From assembly GCA_014360655.1 (NCBI GenBank), contig JACIXC010000001.1, forward strand, positions 292,715 to 356,714: a stretch of DNA of 64,000 bases, in the 5' to 3' direction. The position numbers and the translations under genes are program-made. The stretch is from Actinomycetota bacterium (lineage in GTDB: Bacteria; Actinomycetota; Geothermincolia; Geothermincolales; RBG-13-55-18). This document shows, in pieces, positions 36,309 through 44,919 of this stretch. The notes under the pieces are model-generated. The model did not search any database, was not told where the DNA came from, and saw nothing but the letters and a program-made list of their open reading frames with translations. Every line of letters begins with the position of its first letter. Within the stretch, counting starts at the first letter, position 1.

Positions 36309-37229
36309 TCAGCGGCTGGGCTCTATCAGGCGCAGCGTCCAGCCCAGGGGGGTGTGGTAAGGGGGCTCTCCCTTGAGGGCCGCCTCCATGCGCTCCACCA
36401 CCTCGTCCGTGAAGGCGGCGAGCATGCGCTCGCCGGCCTCCGGGTCGGCGGCGCGGGGCTCGCCGATGTAGTTGGGCGGGTGCTTTTCCGTGACCCAGGA
36501 GAGCATGAGCCCCACGTAAGCCAGGTCCCCGCCCAGTTCCCTCGCCCCCAGCAGCCCCAGCAGCTTCCCCAGCGAGCCGAGCGCCAGGTGGGGCCAGCGC
36601 CGGGGGTTGATGGAGGTGCGTTCCAGTTCCTTCCAGGCGGGGCGCACCCTCTCCGGCATGGCCCGCAGCGCGAGCGAGGTCTCGTTGAGCCCCGCGTGGC
36701 AATCCTGGGCGTCCCCGCAGGAACCCTGGCCCCTCCCGAGCCGGGAGAGCAGGGCGGGGTCCAGCTCCACCATGCGCCGGTAAAAGGAGAGGAAGGGGGC
36801 GACGACGTGGAAGCCCCTCTCCCGGTAAAGGCGCCGCACCGCCTTCGCGGTGGCGATCTGGTGGCGCGGTCCCCCGTGGTTGTCCACCACCAGGAGGTAG
36901 TGGAACCCGCGGTCCGCGAGAAAGGAGGCAACCCCGCGGAGCAGAAGGTTCACCGCCCGGCTGTCCACCTCCAGCGAGCCCGGGATGGTGTCGCTGCCCA
37001 TGAAGAAGGGGGGGAGCACCACGAAACGCAGCCCGGGGTGGGTCCCGGCGAGCCTGTCCAGGGCGCGGTCCCTCACCTCCCTGGCTATCATCACGTCGGT
37101 CCCCAGGGGCAGGTGGGGCCCGTGCACCTCGATGGGGCTGAGGACCATCACGAAGACGGTGCGCTCCCGGTCCAGGGAATCGATCTCCTCCCCGGTCATC
37201 TCCACCAGCTCAAGCGCTTTTTTGCCCAT
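36309..37229 (-). CDS. Creatininase-family (creatinine amidohydrolase-like) protein
   Basis: The motifs HGPHLPLGTD, DNHGG and D....E fit the creatininase fold. Confidence 0.65.
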   Translation of the reverse strand: MGKKALELVEMTGEEIDSLDRERTVFVMVLSPIEVHGPHLPLGTDVMIAREVRDRALDRLAGTHPGLRFVVLPPFFMGSDTIPGSLEVDSRAVNLLLRGVASFLADRGFHYLLVVDNHGGPRHQIATAKAVRRLYRERGFHVVAPFLSFYRRMVELDPALLSRLGRGQGSCGDAQDCHAGLNETSLALRAMPERVRPAWKELERTSINPRRWPHLALGSLGKLLGLLGARELGGDLAYVGLMLSWVTEKHPPNYIGEPRAADPEAGERMLAAFTDEVVERMEAALKGEPPYHTPLGWTLRLIEPSR

Positions 37230-37546
37230 GGCCGGATTATAGCACCCACGCGGCGACCTTTCGCGGCTTCCGGCCCCCCAAGGCGCCCTCGTCCGGACCC
37301 GTATGACAGGGCGACCGGGGGTATCCTCCCTGGAGCCAGGGGATGCAATCGCCGGCTGGAGGTCCGGGTCAGCGGCCGGCAGGGAATCCTGGATGCCGCC
37401 GGCCGAAGGGGGTGATAATATCTAAGGAAACCGGGGAAATCGGGGTCCCGGCAAGGAACCCAGGAAATCCGCCCCGGTAAGGAGATCAAGAAACCGGGGA
37501 CCCGGTACGCGGATACGGGAACGCAGCCCACGGGGAGGTGACGAGG

Positions 37547-37858
37547 ATGGCTTTCAGGGCGGCCTTCATAGCCCACGCGCCGGACGCCGATCCCGCGACC
37601 CACAGGGCCGTGGTGGAGACGCCGAAGTACAAGCTCCTGGTGGTCGTGGTCAGCGGCCAGGAGCAGGCGGTCGCGGAGTGCAGGCGTCTGGTCGAGGAGG
37701 AGGACATCCACGCCGTGATGCTCTGCCCGGGGTTCACGCACCGGGACGTGGCGGAGATCGCGGAGGCCGTTGGTGAGAAGGTGAGCGTGAACGTCGCCAG
37801 GGGGGACGGCCCCGGCAACAGGATAGCCATGGAGGTAATCCGCAGGGAGTGGGCCTGA
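37547..37858 (+). CDS. Hypothetical small protein (103 aa)
   Basis: The ATG is preceded by GGGGAGGTG. It is co-directional with the downstream CoA-binding gene. Confidence 0.5.
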   Translation: MAFRAAFIAHAPDADPATHRAVVETPKYKLLVVVVSGQEQAVAECRRLVEEEDIHAVMLCPGFTHRDVAEIAEAVGEKVSVNVARGDGPGNRIAMEVIRREWA

Positions 37859-37876
37859 CCCACAGGAAGCGAGGAC

Positions 37877-39298
37877 GTGGTCGCATTGCCCACGGAATTC
37901 GAGGAAATAGACGCCGTCATCAACGCACGCTCGCTGGCCATCGTGGGCGCCTCGGGCAAACCCATGAAGTTCGGCTCGCTCTTCACCGCCGCCCAGCTCA
38001 CCTACGGTTTCTCCGGCCCCGTGTACCTCGTCAACCCAGGTGAAAGTGAGATCATGGGCCTTCCCTGCTACGCGGACCTCGCCTCCCTCCCCGAGGTCCC
38101 GGACCTAGTGTACCTGGCCATCCCCGCCCACCGTTCCATGGACATCCTCGAGGAATGCGCGCGCCTCCGCGTCAAGGGCGTGGTGATGCTGGCCTCCGGG
38201 TTCCGGGAGGCCGGCGAAAAGGGAGAGGCCCTGGAGAGGGAGGCCATCTCGCTGGCCCGCCGCGGCGGTTTCCGCATCGTCGGGCCCAACTGCTTCGGCA
38301 TCTACAACCCGCGCAACCGCCTGACCCTGCTTCCCGGCCACGACTTCAGCGACAGGGTGGGCGACGTGGCCTTCATCTCCCAGAGCGGTGGTTTCTCCGT
38401 GCACGTGGGGCGCACCTGCGGGGACCTGGGGATACATTTCAGCGCCATCGTGAGCTACGGGAACGGCGCGGACCTCGACGAGTCGCACCTGTTGCGCTAT
38501 TTCTCCGCGGACCCCTGCACGAGCACCATCGCCGCTTACCTGGAGGGGGTGCGGGATGGAAGGGTCTTCCTCGAGGCCCTCAGGGAGGCCGCCTCCCGCA
38601 AGACGGTGGTCATATGGAAGGTGGGCAAGGCGGATTCCTCCCGTCGCGCCGCCGCCTCCCACACCGGTTCCCTGGCCGGCTCCTCGGCCATCTGGGAAGG
38701 CGTCCTCCGCCAGTGCGGGGTCATCGAGGCCTGCGGCGTCGACGAGATATGCGACGTGCTCCTGGCCCTCAAGCACATGGGGCGCAGGCCGGGAAGGCGC
38801 CTCCTGCTGAGCGGGGGAGGCGGGGGCCTGGGGGCCTATGCAGGCGACCTCGCGGAGGCGGAGGGGCTGACGGTGCCCCCCATGGGGGAGGAGACCGCGT
38901 CGCGCCTGCGCCCCATCCTGGACTACCCCGGTACCGCGGTGGGAAACCCCCTGGACATCGGGACCCCGCTCACCCATCCCTCCGTCTTCGAGGCCGCCAT
39001 GCGGGAGGCCGCCCGTGACCCGGACACGGACATCCTCGTCTTCGACCTGGCCCTGAACTTCGGCTACGGCCTGGTGGGAGAGGAAGGCGCACTGGCCGCC
39101 ACGGACTCGCTGGTCAGGGTGCGCCGGGAGACGGGGAAGCCCGTGGTGCTCGTGCTTTACTCACGCGCCATAGGCCACCGCGACCTCGCCCTGGAGGAAC
39201 TCGCGCGCAGGCTGCGCGACCGGCTGCTCGCGGGCGGGGTGGCGGTATTCCCCTCCATGCAACGGGCCATGCGCGCCCTGCGCCTGGTCAATACCTGA
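37877..39298 (+). CDS. CoA-binding domain protein, acetate--CoA ligase (ADP-forming) alpha-subunit-like / succinyl-CoA synthetase alpha-like
   Basis: The CoA-binding motifs SLAIVGASGKP, GPNCFG and SQSGG are present. The region around SHTGSLAG contains a phospho-His-loop-like His. It is a paralog of the CDS at 43348..44829. Confidence 0.7.
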   Translation: MVALPTEFEEIDAVINARSLAIVGASGKPMKFGSLFTAAQLTYGFSGPVYLVNPGESEIMGLPCYADLASLPEVPDLVYLAIPAHRSMDILEECARLRVKGVVMLASGFREAGEKGEALEREAISLARRGGFRIVGPNCFGIYNPRNRLTLLPGHDFSDRVGDVAFISQSGGFSVHVGRTCGDLGIHFSAIVSYGNGADLDESHLLRYFSADPCTSTIAAYLEGVRDGRVFLEALREAASRKTVVIWKVGKADSSRRAAASHTGSLAGSSAIWEGVLRQCGVIEACGVDEICDVLLALKHMGRRPGRRLLLSGGGGGLGAYAGDLAEAEGLTVPPMGEETASRLRPILDYPGTAVGNPLDIGTPLTHPSVFEAAMREAARDPDTDILVFDLALNFGYGLVGEEGALAATDSLVRVRRETGKPVVLVLYSRAIGHRDLALEELARRLRDRLLAGGVAVFPSMQRAMRALRLVNT

Positions 39299-39433
39299 CT
39301 CCATCCCGCGCCTTGATAGCACCCCTCCCGGGTTCCCCCTGCCTGTGCCCCCGCGGGGTACGCGCCCAAGATGCCCTTTGTTCATGGCAAGTCCCCATAC
39401 CCGGCAGGGAAATCTGAAACAAGCTTAAAAGGT

Positions 39434-39463
39434 CTTGACATATACATCAGGTATATGTTACAT
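39434..39463 (+). promoter_or_regulatory. Putative sigma70-like promoter (TTGACA, 18 bp, TACATA) in an AT-rich tract upstream of the HTH gene
   Basis: A cttGACAt -35 element and an AT-rich -10 candidate about 35 bp upstream of the ATG at 39500. Confidence 0.3.
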
Positions 39464-39499
39464 AACGTGATACAACGTATTTATTCCCTGGAGGGTACG

Positions 39500-39937
39500 A
39501 TGCGCAACTACCTGAGCACTTACCAGGTCGCGAAAAACCTGGGCGTGAACATACAGACGGTCAGGCATTACATACGCAAGGGGGAGTTGAAGGCGGCTCG
39601 CGTCGGGAAGAAATACATCATCTGCCAGGAGGACCTCGACGCCTTCCTGGCGGGGAGGAAGGAGGTGAGGGCCCTCGAGAGGATAGGCCTTACCGAGAAG
39701 GGGAGCCAGAAGGTCCGCGAGATAAAGAAGCACGCCGAGAGCATCCTGACCTATCTCGAGGAATGCCCCGGAGCGGACGCGGGCGAACTGGCGGAATCCC
39801 TCGGCCTGGGCCGCAGGGAAGTCCTGCGGGCGCTGCGGCGCCTGGAGGAGAAGAACCTTGCGTATTGCGAGGCAAGTGGCGAGAGGTTGGACAGGCAGAA
39901 CGACCCCTGGTTCGCCGCGCCCCGGCGGACGGCGTGA
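39500..39937 (+). CDS. Helix-turn-helix DNA-binding protein (MerR/excisionase-type HTH at N-terminus)
   Basis: The HTH reads YLSTYQVAKNLGVNIQTVRHYIRKGELKA. A GGAGGG RBS is present. Confidence 0.6.
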   Translation: MRNYLSTYQVAKNLGVNIQTVRHYIRKGELKAARVGKKYIICQEDLDAFLAGRKEVRALERIGLTEKGSQKVREIKKHAESILTYLEECPGADAGELAESLGLGRREVLRALRRLEEKNLAYCEASGERLDRQNDPWFAAPRRTA

Positions 39938-40020
39938 AACGCCGCGGAGGATAAGGGGTCGCGGAGACTTGACCGCGGGGGAAGCGCCCGTCCAGGGAAA
40001 GACGAAAGGGGGGATTGCAG

Positions 40021-40560
40021 GTGGCGGAAAACGTCGTCGGCCTGCAGGAATATCTCGAATCCTACATTCCTTCGCTCATCTCCAAGCGGCTGGAGGAAAA
40101 GCCCCTGCCGAACATGGAGGGGACCAACTTCACCGTGCAGTTGACCATCAAGGGCGAGAAGACCCTGGTTTACGGGTTCGCCGTCAAGGACGCCCGGGAG
40201 ATAACCGTGTCGCCTGGGGGCATCGCGGATCCCATGCTCGACGTGGTCATCCCCGAAGACGTCATCCGTCCCCTGGTGGACATGGTCACCTCGTTCACCG
40301 GCCGCAAGCAGTACGACGCGGCGAGCACTTCCAAGGGCCTGCTGCGCCTGGAGCTGGCCATGCCCGGTGACTGGACCCTGCCGGTGAGCGTGAAGTTCAA
40401 CGGCGCGGATTCCCCCAGCGTGACCATCTCTGCCTCAGCGGAGGACTTCGCCAAGATGGCCACCGGCGAGATGAGCGGCCCCACGGCCTTCATGCAGGGG
40501 AAGATCAAGATGGACGGCGACATGTCCTTCGCCCTTTCCCTGGCCAACATCATGCCGTAG
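40021..40560 (+). CDS. SCP2 sterol-binding domain protein
   Basis: The C-terminal motifs TGEMSGPTAFMQGKIKMDGDMSFALSL are characteristic of SCP2. The GTG start is preceded by AAGGGGGG. Confidence 0.65.
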   Translation: MAENVVGLQEYLESYIPSLISKRLEEKPLPNMEGTNFTVQLTIKGEKTLVYGFAVKDAREITVSPGGIADPMLDVVIPEDVIRPLVDMVTSFTGRKQYDAASTSKGLLRLELAMPGDWTLPVSVKFNGADSPSVTISASAEDFAKMATGEMSGPTAFMQGKIKMDGDMSFALSLANIMP

Positions 40561-40740
40561 GGCAAGGAACCCGGGCCGGCCCCCCTCCTTTTCGGCCCAT
40601 ATCCCCGCATGGACTCTCGTACACCGCAGCGGGTACATCGCGCTCGGGGGGGCCGGCCCTTTACCTGTCCCGTCCGGTGATACGCCCATCCCGCGATGCG
40701 GAGGGCTCCGCGATGCGGAGGGCTCCGCGGCGGCGGCCCC

Positions 40741-42405
40741 TCACAGGTCGCGCAGGCGTTCCTTCATGATCTTGCCCCCGGGGTTCATGGGCAGGGGCAT
40801 ATCGGAGACGACCACGAAGTCGGGCACCTTGTAGTCGGCTATCTTTCCCCGGCAGTACTCCACCACCTCTTCCGGGGTTATGGAGTGCCCGGGCATGGGA
40901 AAGACCACGGCCTTGATCTTCTCCCCCAGCACCTGGTCGGGGACGCCCACCACCGCCACCTGCAGGACCTTGGGGTTCATGAGGATGAGGTTCTCCACCT
41001 CAACGGAGTAGACGTTCTCCCCCCCGCGCAGGATCATGTCCTTCTTGCGGTCCACGATGGTGTAGAAACCCTCCTCGTCCTTCACCACCACGTCCCCCGA
41101 GCGGTGCCACCTGCGTCCCTCGGCGTCGATGACGAAGCTCTCGCTGGTCTTGTCGGGCAGGTTCCAGTAACCGCGGCACACGCCCGCGCCGCTGATGAGG
41201 AGCTCCCCCGGTTCCCCCACCGGCACCTCCCGCAGGCGGTCGTCCACCACCTTGAAGAGCGTGGGCGGGGTCGGCCACCCGATGGAGGAACCCCTCCTTA
41301 TGACCTCCTCCGGCGGCAGGAGTGAGCCCGCCCCGATGCTGGTGGTCTCGGTCATCCCGAAGCCGTTCCCTATCTTGGCGTGCGGGAAATCCTTGAGCAT
41401 CAGCTCCCCCAGCTCGGGGGGCATGGGGGAACCGCCCTGGAACATCACCTCGATGTTCCCCGCCTCTACCAGTTTATGGTAATTGGGTTGCATGCGCAGC
41501 AGCCAGAACATGGCGGTCACGCCCACGAAGAAGTTCACCCGTTCCTCGACCATGCTCTCGATGACCTGGTCCGCCTGGAAGACGGGAAGCACCACCGCGC
41601 CGGCGCCCAGCAGGCAGAGGTTGAAGAGAGTGTGCAGGGCGGTGACGTGGAAGAGGGGCACGGAGATCATCTGCTTGATCTGGTATATGTCTTCCATGGT
41701 GTACTTCTCGGGGATGAGGTAGGGCATGCAGCTCAGGAGGGCCTGGGCGTTGGTGGCCACGTTGCGGTGGGTGATGACGCTCCCCTTGGGGCGACCCGTG
41801 GTCCCTGAGGTGTAACATATGCTGCAGGTGTCCTTTTCGCCCACCTCCACGCCGATGTGGGGGGGCGCCTCCCTGGCCATGAGGCTGGTGAAGGGCACGG
41901 TACCGTCCATGCCCTCGTCGCCGGTGGTCACGAAGACCTCGAGGTTCTCCAGCTTGCCGCGCAGGGGTTGCACCCTCTCGTAGAGGTCGTTCTCCACGAT
42001 GACCACCCGGGAGCCCGAATCCCGCAGCTGGAAGGCCAGCTCCTCCGTTTCCAGGCGCGCGTTGATGACCACGGAGATGGCGCCCACGGCGGCGATGGCC
42101 AGGTAGCTTATGCAGAACTCCGGGTTGTTGAGGAGGATCATGGCCACACGGTCGCCCTTCTTCACGCCGCAATCGTCCACGAGAGACGCGGCGACCTTCC
42201 TCACCGCTTCGTCCAGTCGGCGCCGCGTGTACCTCTGCCCCAGGGTCGGGAAGACGAAGATCTCCTCGTCGGGAAACCTCGCCAGACCCTCCTTGAAGAT
42301 GGCGTAGAGGTTAGGGTACCTGCGTGCGTAGGCGGTTTCCAGGGCTCCCTCGAACCACTCGTCTATGACGCCCTCGCGTGGCCAGCCTCCCCTGAGCATC
42401 ATCAC
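40741..42405 (-). CDS. AMP-dependent acyl-CoA synthetase/ligase
   Basis: The AMP-binding motifs YTSGTTGRPKG, GFGMTE and SGD...DEEGF.TIVDRKKD are present, with the C-terminal PGGKI motif. Confidence 0.85.
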   Translation of the reverse strand: MMMLRGGWPREGVIDEWFEGALETAYARRYPNLYAIFKEGLARFPDEEIFVFPTLGQRYTRRRLDEAVRKVAASLVDDCGVKKGDRVAMILLNNPEFCISYLAIAAVGAISVVINARLETEELAFQLRDSGSRVVIVENDLYERVQPLRGKLENLEVFVTTGDEGMDGTVPFTSLMAREAPPHIGVEVGEKDTCSICYTSGTTGRPKGSVITHRNVATNAQALLSCMPYLIPEKYTMEDIYQIKQMISVPLFHVTALHTLFNLCLLGAGAVVLPVFQADQVIESMVEERVNFFVGVTAMFWLLRMQPNYHKLVEAGNIEVMFQGGSPMPPELGELMLKDFPHAKIGNGFGMTETTSIGAGSLLPPEEVIRRGSSIGWPTPPTLFKVVDDRLREVPVGEPGELLISGAGVCRGYWNLPDKTSESFVIDAEGRRWHRSGDVVVKDEEGFYTIVDRKKDMILRGGENVYSVEVENLILMNPKVLQVAVVGVPDQVLGEKIKAVVFPMPGHSITPEEVVEYCRGKIADYKVPDFVVVSDMPLPMNPGGKIMKERLRDL

Positions 42406-42631
42406 CCTCCCGGTCCGTTTTCCCCTTCAATGCCGCTGAACAAGCAACACTTCCTTTCAATCCTACCACAGCTACCGCGCGAAACCCATCCCGCCCGCGA
42501 GAGGGGTAGCGCAGGGGACCATCGCAAGGCCTTAACCGCTCGTGGCGGGGCCGGCGGCTTCCGCCCGTTGCGGCCGTGGAGTCCCCCAGCCGCTGGAGGG
42601 AAGGGGTGAAAGACCCGGGCTGGGAACGCGC

Positions 42632-43273
42632 TCAGGCCTCGAGTTCCCGGCCCAGGTCCCCGAGAAATTCCCCGCCGGGCTCAATGAGGTCGAAGACCTC
42701 CTGCAGCAGGCTGAACACGGACCTCTTGCCCTCGCTCTCCATCCAGATCCTGCGCGCCGTCGTCCACGCCGCGACCGCGATGGCGGCGATGAGGCGGGGG
42801 CGGGGGTCGGATGCGGGATCGACGTTCATCCTCTGGGCCAGCGCCTGGCAGACCGTGTCCTCGAAACCGGGGTAGATCACGTTGCGCTCGTAATCGCCGA
42901 GGCGGCGCGAATCCCTGGCCAACCTGCGTATGAGCATGATGCGCTCCTCGCTGTCCCGGTCCAGTTCCGCCAGGAGCCGAGCGGTGGCGTAAAGGGTGGC
43001 CAGCACCGGCTCTCCCTGCGGACGGGAGAGGATGAGCTCCCTGACCAGGTTGAGTTGATCGCGCCAGTCTCCGAAGAGCACGGCCTCCTTGGAATCGAAG
43101 TAGCGGAAGAAGGTGCGCAGGGAAACGTCCACGGTCTCCGTGATCTCCTTTATGGTGGTCTTATCGTAGCCCTTTTTCTTGAAGAGCTTGAGTGCGGTGG
43201 ACTCCAGGGCGTCGCGCGTCTGTTTCTTCTTGCGCTCACGCCTGCCGATCGGTCCCGCCTTCTCCTTGTCCAT
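42632..43273 (-). CDS. TetR-family transcriptional regulator
   Basis: The N-terminal HTH reads TRDALESTALKLFKKKGYDKTTIKEITETVDVSLRTFFRYF. It lies between the CoA-binding and AMP-ligase genes. Confidence 0.8.
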   Translation of the reverse strand: MDKEKAGPIGRRERKKKQTRDALESTALKLFKKKGYDKTTIKEITETVDVSLRTFFRYFDSKEAVLFGDWRDQLNLVRELILSRPQGEPVLATLYATARLLAELDRDSEERIMLIRRLARDSRRLGDYERNVIYPGFEDTVCQALAQRMNVDPASDPRPRLIAAIAVAAWTTARRIWMESEGKRSVFSLLQEVFDLIEPGGEFLGDLGRELEA

Positions 43274-43347
43274 GCGCTGATTATAACAGACGCGGCACCC
43301 CTGCTCACACGAGCGCTCCACCGTCGTGTGCGCGCGGCCGGCGCGCG

Positions 43348-44829
43348 TCAACGCGGCCCCGGGCTCGCCGCGGCCCGCGACACCCTTTCCTCCGCATCCG
43401 CGAGGCGCTCTTTCAGCTCCCGGTAGTGCAGGAGGCCCTTCATGGCCCTGACCGCTCGCGAAGCCGAGGTGAAGACGGGCAGGTCGTTTTCGACCAGGGT
43501 GCGGACGGTCGCGCTTCCCGTGCCCAGGTACGACATCGCCAGGAGCGGCTTGCCGTGCTCGTGCGGCACCCTCGCCAGGTGGGGCAGGAAGGCCAGGAAT
43601 TTCTCGTCCCAGGCGCTCTCCATGGGGGCCAGCTCCGGCATCCGTTTCTTGATACTCACGCCCATGTCCGCCGCCCCGAATATCCCGTAGATGAAGGCGC
43701 CGTCGACCTCGCCGGACGCGAAGACGGCCTCCAGCAGGTCCTTGTAAAGGTAGATATTGGTGGTGAAGGTGATATCCACGGGATTGGCGACAGCGCTCAT
43801 GGTGCCCGCGAGTTCCCGCAGACGCTCCTGCAGGCGCTCAGAGAAGAGGGGTACCCGCAAGCCGGCCTTCTCCAGGTTATAGGCGAGGGAGGTGCCCGGG
43901 CCTCCCGAGTTTGTGATCACCGCCATGCGGTTTCCCGGGGGTAGCGGTTGCGTCGAGAGCGCCCAGAGGCAGTCGATCATCGTGTCCATGTCCTCCACGC
44001 GCATGACTCCCGCCTGCCGGAAGAGGCCGTCGTAGAGCCCGTCGGGACCGGTGACCGCGCCGGTGTGGGAGAGGGACGAACGCGAGCCGGCCTCGTTACC
44101 CCCCACGTAAACGGCCAGGACGGGCTTGCGCGCCGCCGTTCTCCTGGCCGCGGAGATGAAATCACGGGGCCTTCTCACGGCCTCCACGTAAAGGCCGACG
44201 GCCCGCACCTCGTCGCATTCCGCGAAGTATTCCAGGCAATCGACGATATCGATGTCCGCCTCGTTCCCCACGCTGACGGTCTGGCATATCCTAATCCCCT
44301 GGGAACGGAGGTAAGGGTTGAGCATGGAGGTGTAGGCGCCCGACTGCGAGGCGACGGCGAAGCCTCCCCCGAAGGGAGGATCCGGGATGGTGGTGGTGTT
44401 GAGCCGGAAAAGGGCGTTCTGCACACCCACGCAGTTGGGCCCCAGGAAGCGGATGCCGTACCTCGCCGCTATCTCCCTGATCTCCCGCTCGAGACGCCTG
44501 CCATCCTCGGCGAGGGTCTCCGCGAACCCGCCGGAAATGATGATGGCGTGACGGATGCCGTACCTCCCACATTCTTCCAGTACTCCCGGCACCACCTTCG
44601 TGGGCAGGACCAGCTGCGCCAGGTCCACCTCCCTGCCGATCTCCTCCAGGTCCCGAAAGGCCTGTAAGCCCATCACCCGTTCCTCGCTGGGATGCATGGG
44701 GTAGACCTCGCCACGGTAACCGCTTTCCAGTAGGTTGGCAAGCTGCATGGTTCCCATCTTAAGTGGGTTGTTGGAGGCGCCGTAAAACGCTATCGACCGC
44801 GGATTCATGATCCTTTCCAGCGGATTCAC
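43348..44829 (-). CDS. CoA-binding domain protein, ADP-forming acyl-CoA synthetase alpha-like (paralog)
   Basis: The GTG start is preceded by GAGGAGG. The motifs SIAFYGASNNP, GPNCVG, SQSG and SHTGA.TG are present. Confidence 0.7.
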   Translation of the reverse strand: MNPLERIMNPRSIAFYGASNNPLKMGTMQLANLLESGYRGEVYPMHPSEERVMGLQAFRDLEEIGREVDLAQLVLPTKVVPGVLEECGRYGIRHAIIISGGFAETLAEDGRRLEREIREIAARYGIRFLGPNCVGVQNALFRLNTTTIPDPPFGGGFAVASQSGAYTSMLNPYLRSQGIRICQTVSVGNEADIDIVDCLEYFAECDEVRAVGLYVEAVRRPRDFISAARRTAARKPVLAVYVGGNEAGSRSSLSHTGAVTGPDGLYDGLFRQAGVMRVEDMDTMIDCLWALSTQPLPPGNRMAVITNSGGPGTSLAYNLEKAGLRVPLFSERLQERLRELAGTMSAVANPVDITFTTNIYLYKDLLEAVFASGEVDGAFIYGIFGAADMGVSIKKRMPELAPMESAWDEKFLAFLPHLARVPHEHGKPLLAMSYLGTGSATVRTLVENDLPVFTSASRAVRAMKGLLHYRELKERLADAEERVSRAAASPGPR

Positions 44830-44919
44830 GCCTTTACCTCCTCACCGCTGCGGCCCGCATATCCTTGCCCCGACGCCTTGCCCCGACGCCCGGGTCGCCT
44901 CCCTCGCCCGGGCAGTCCG

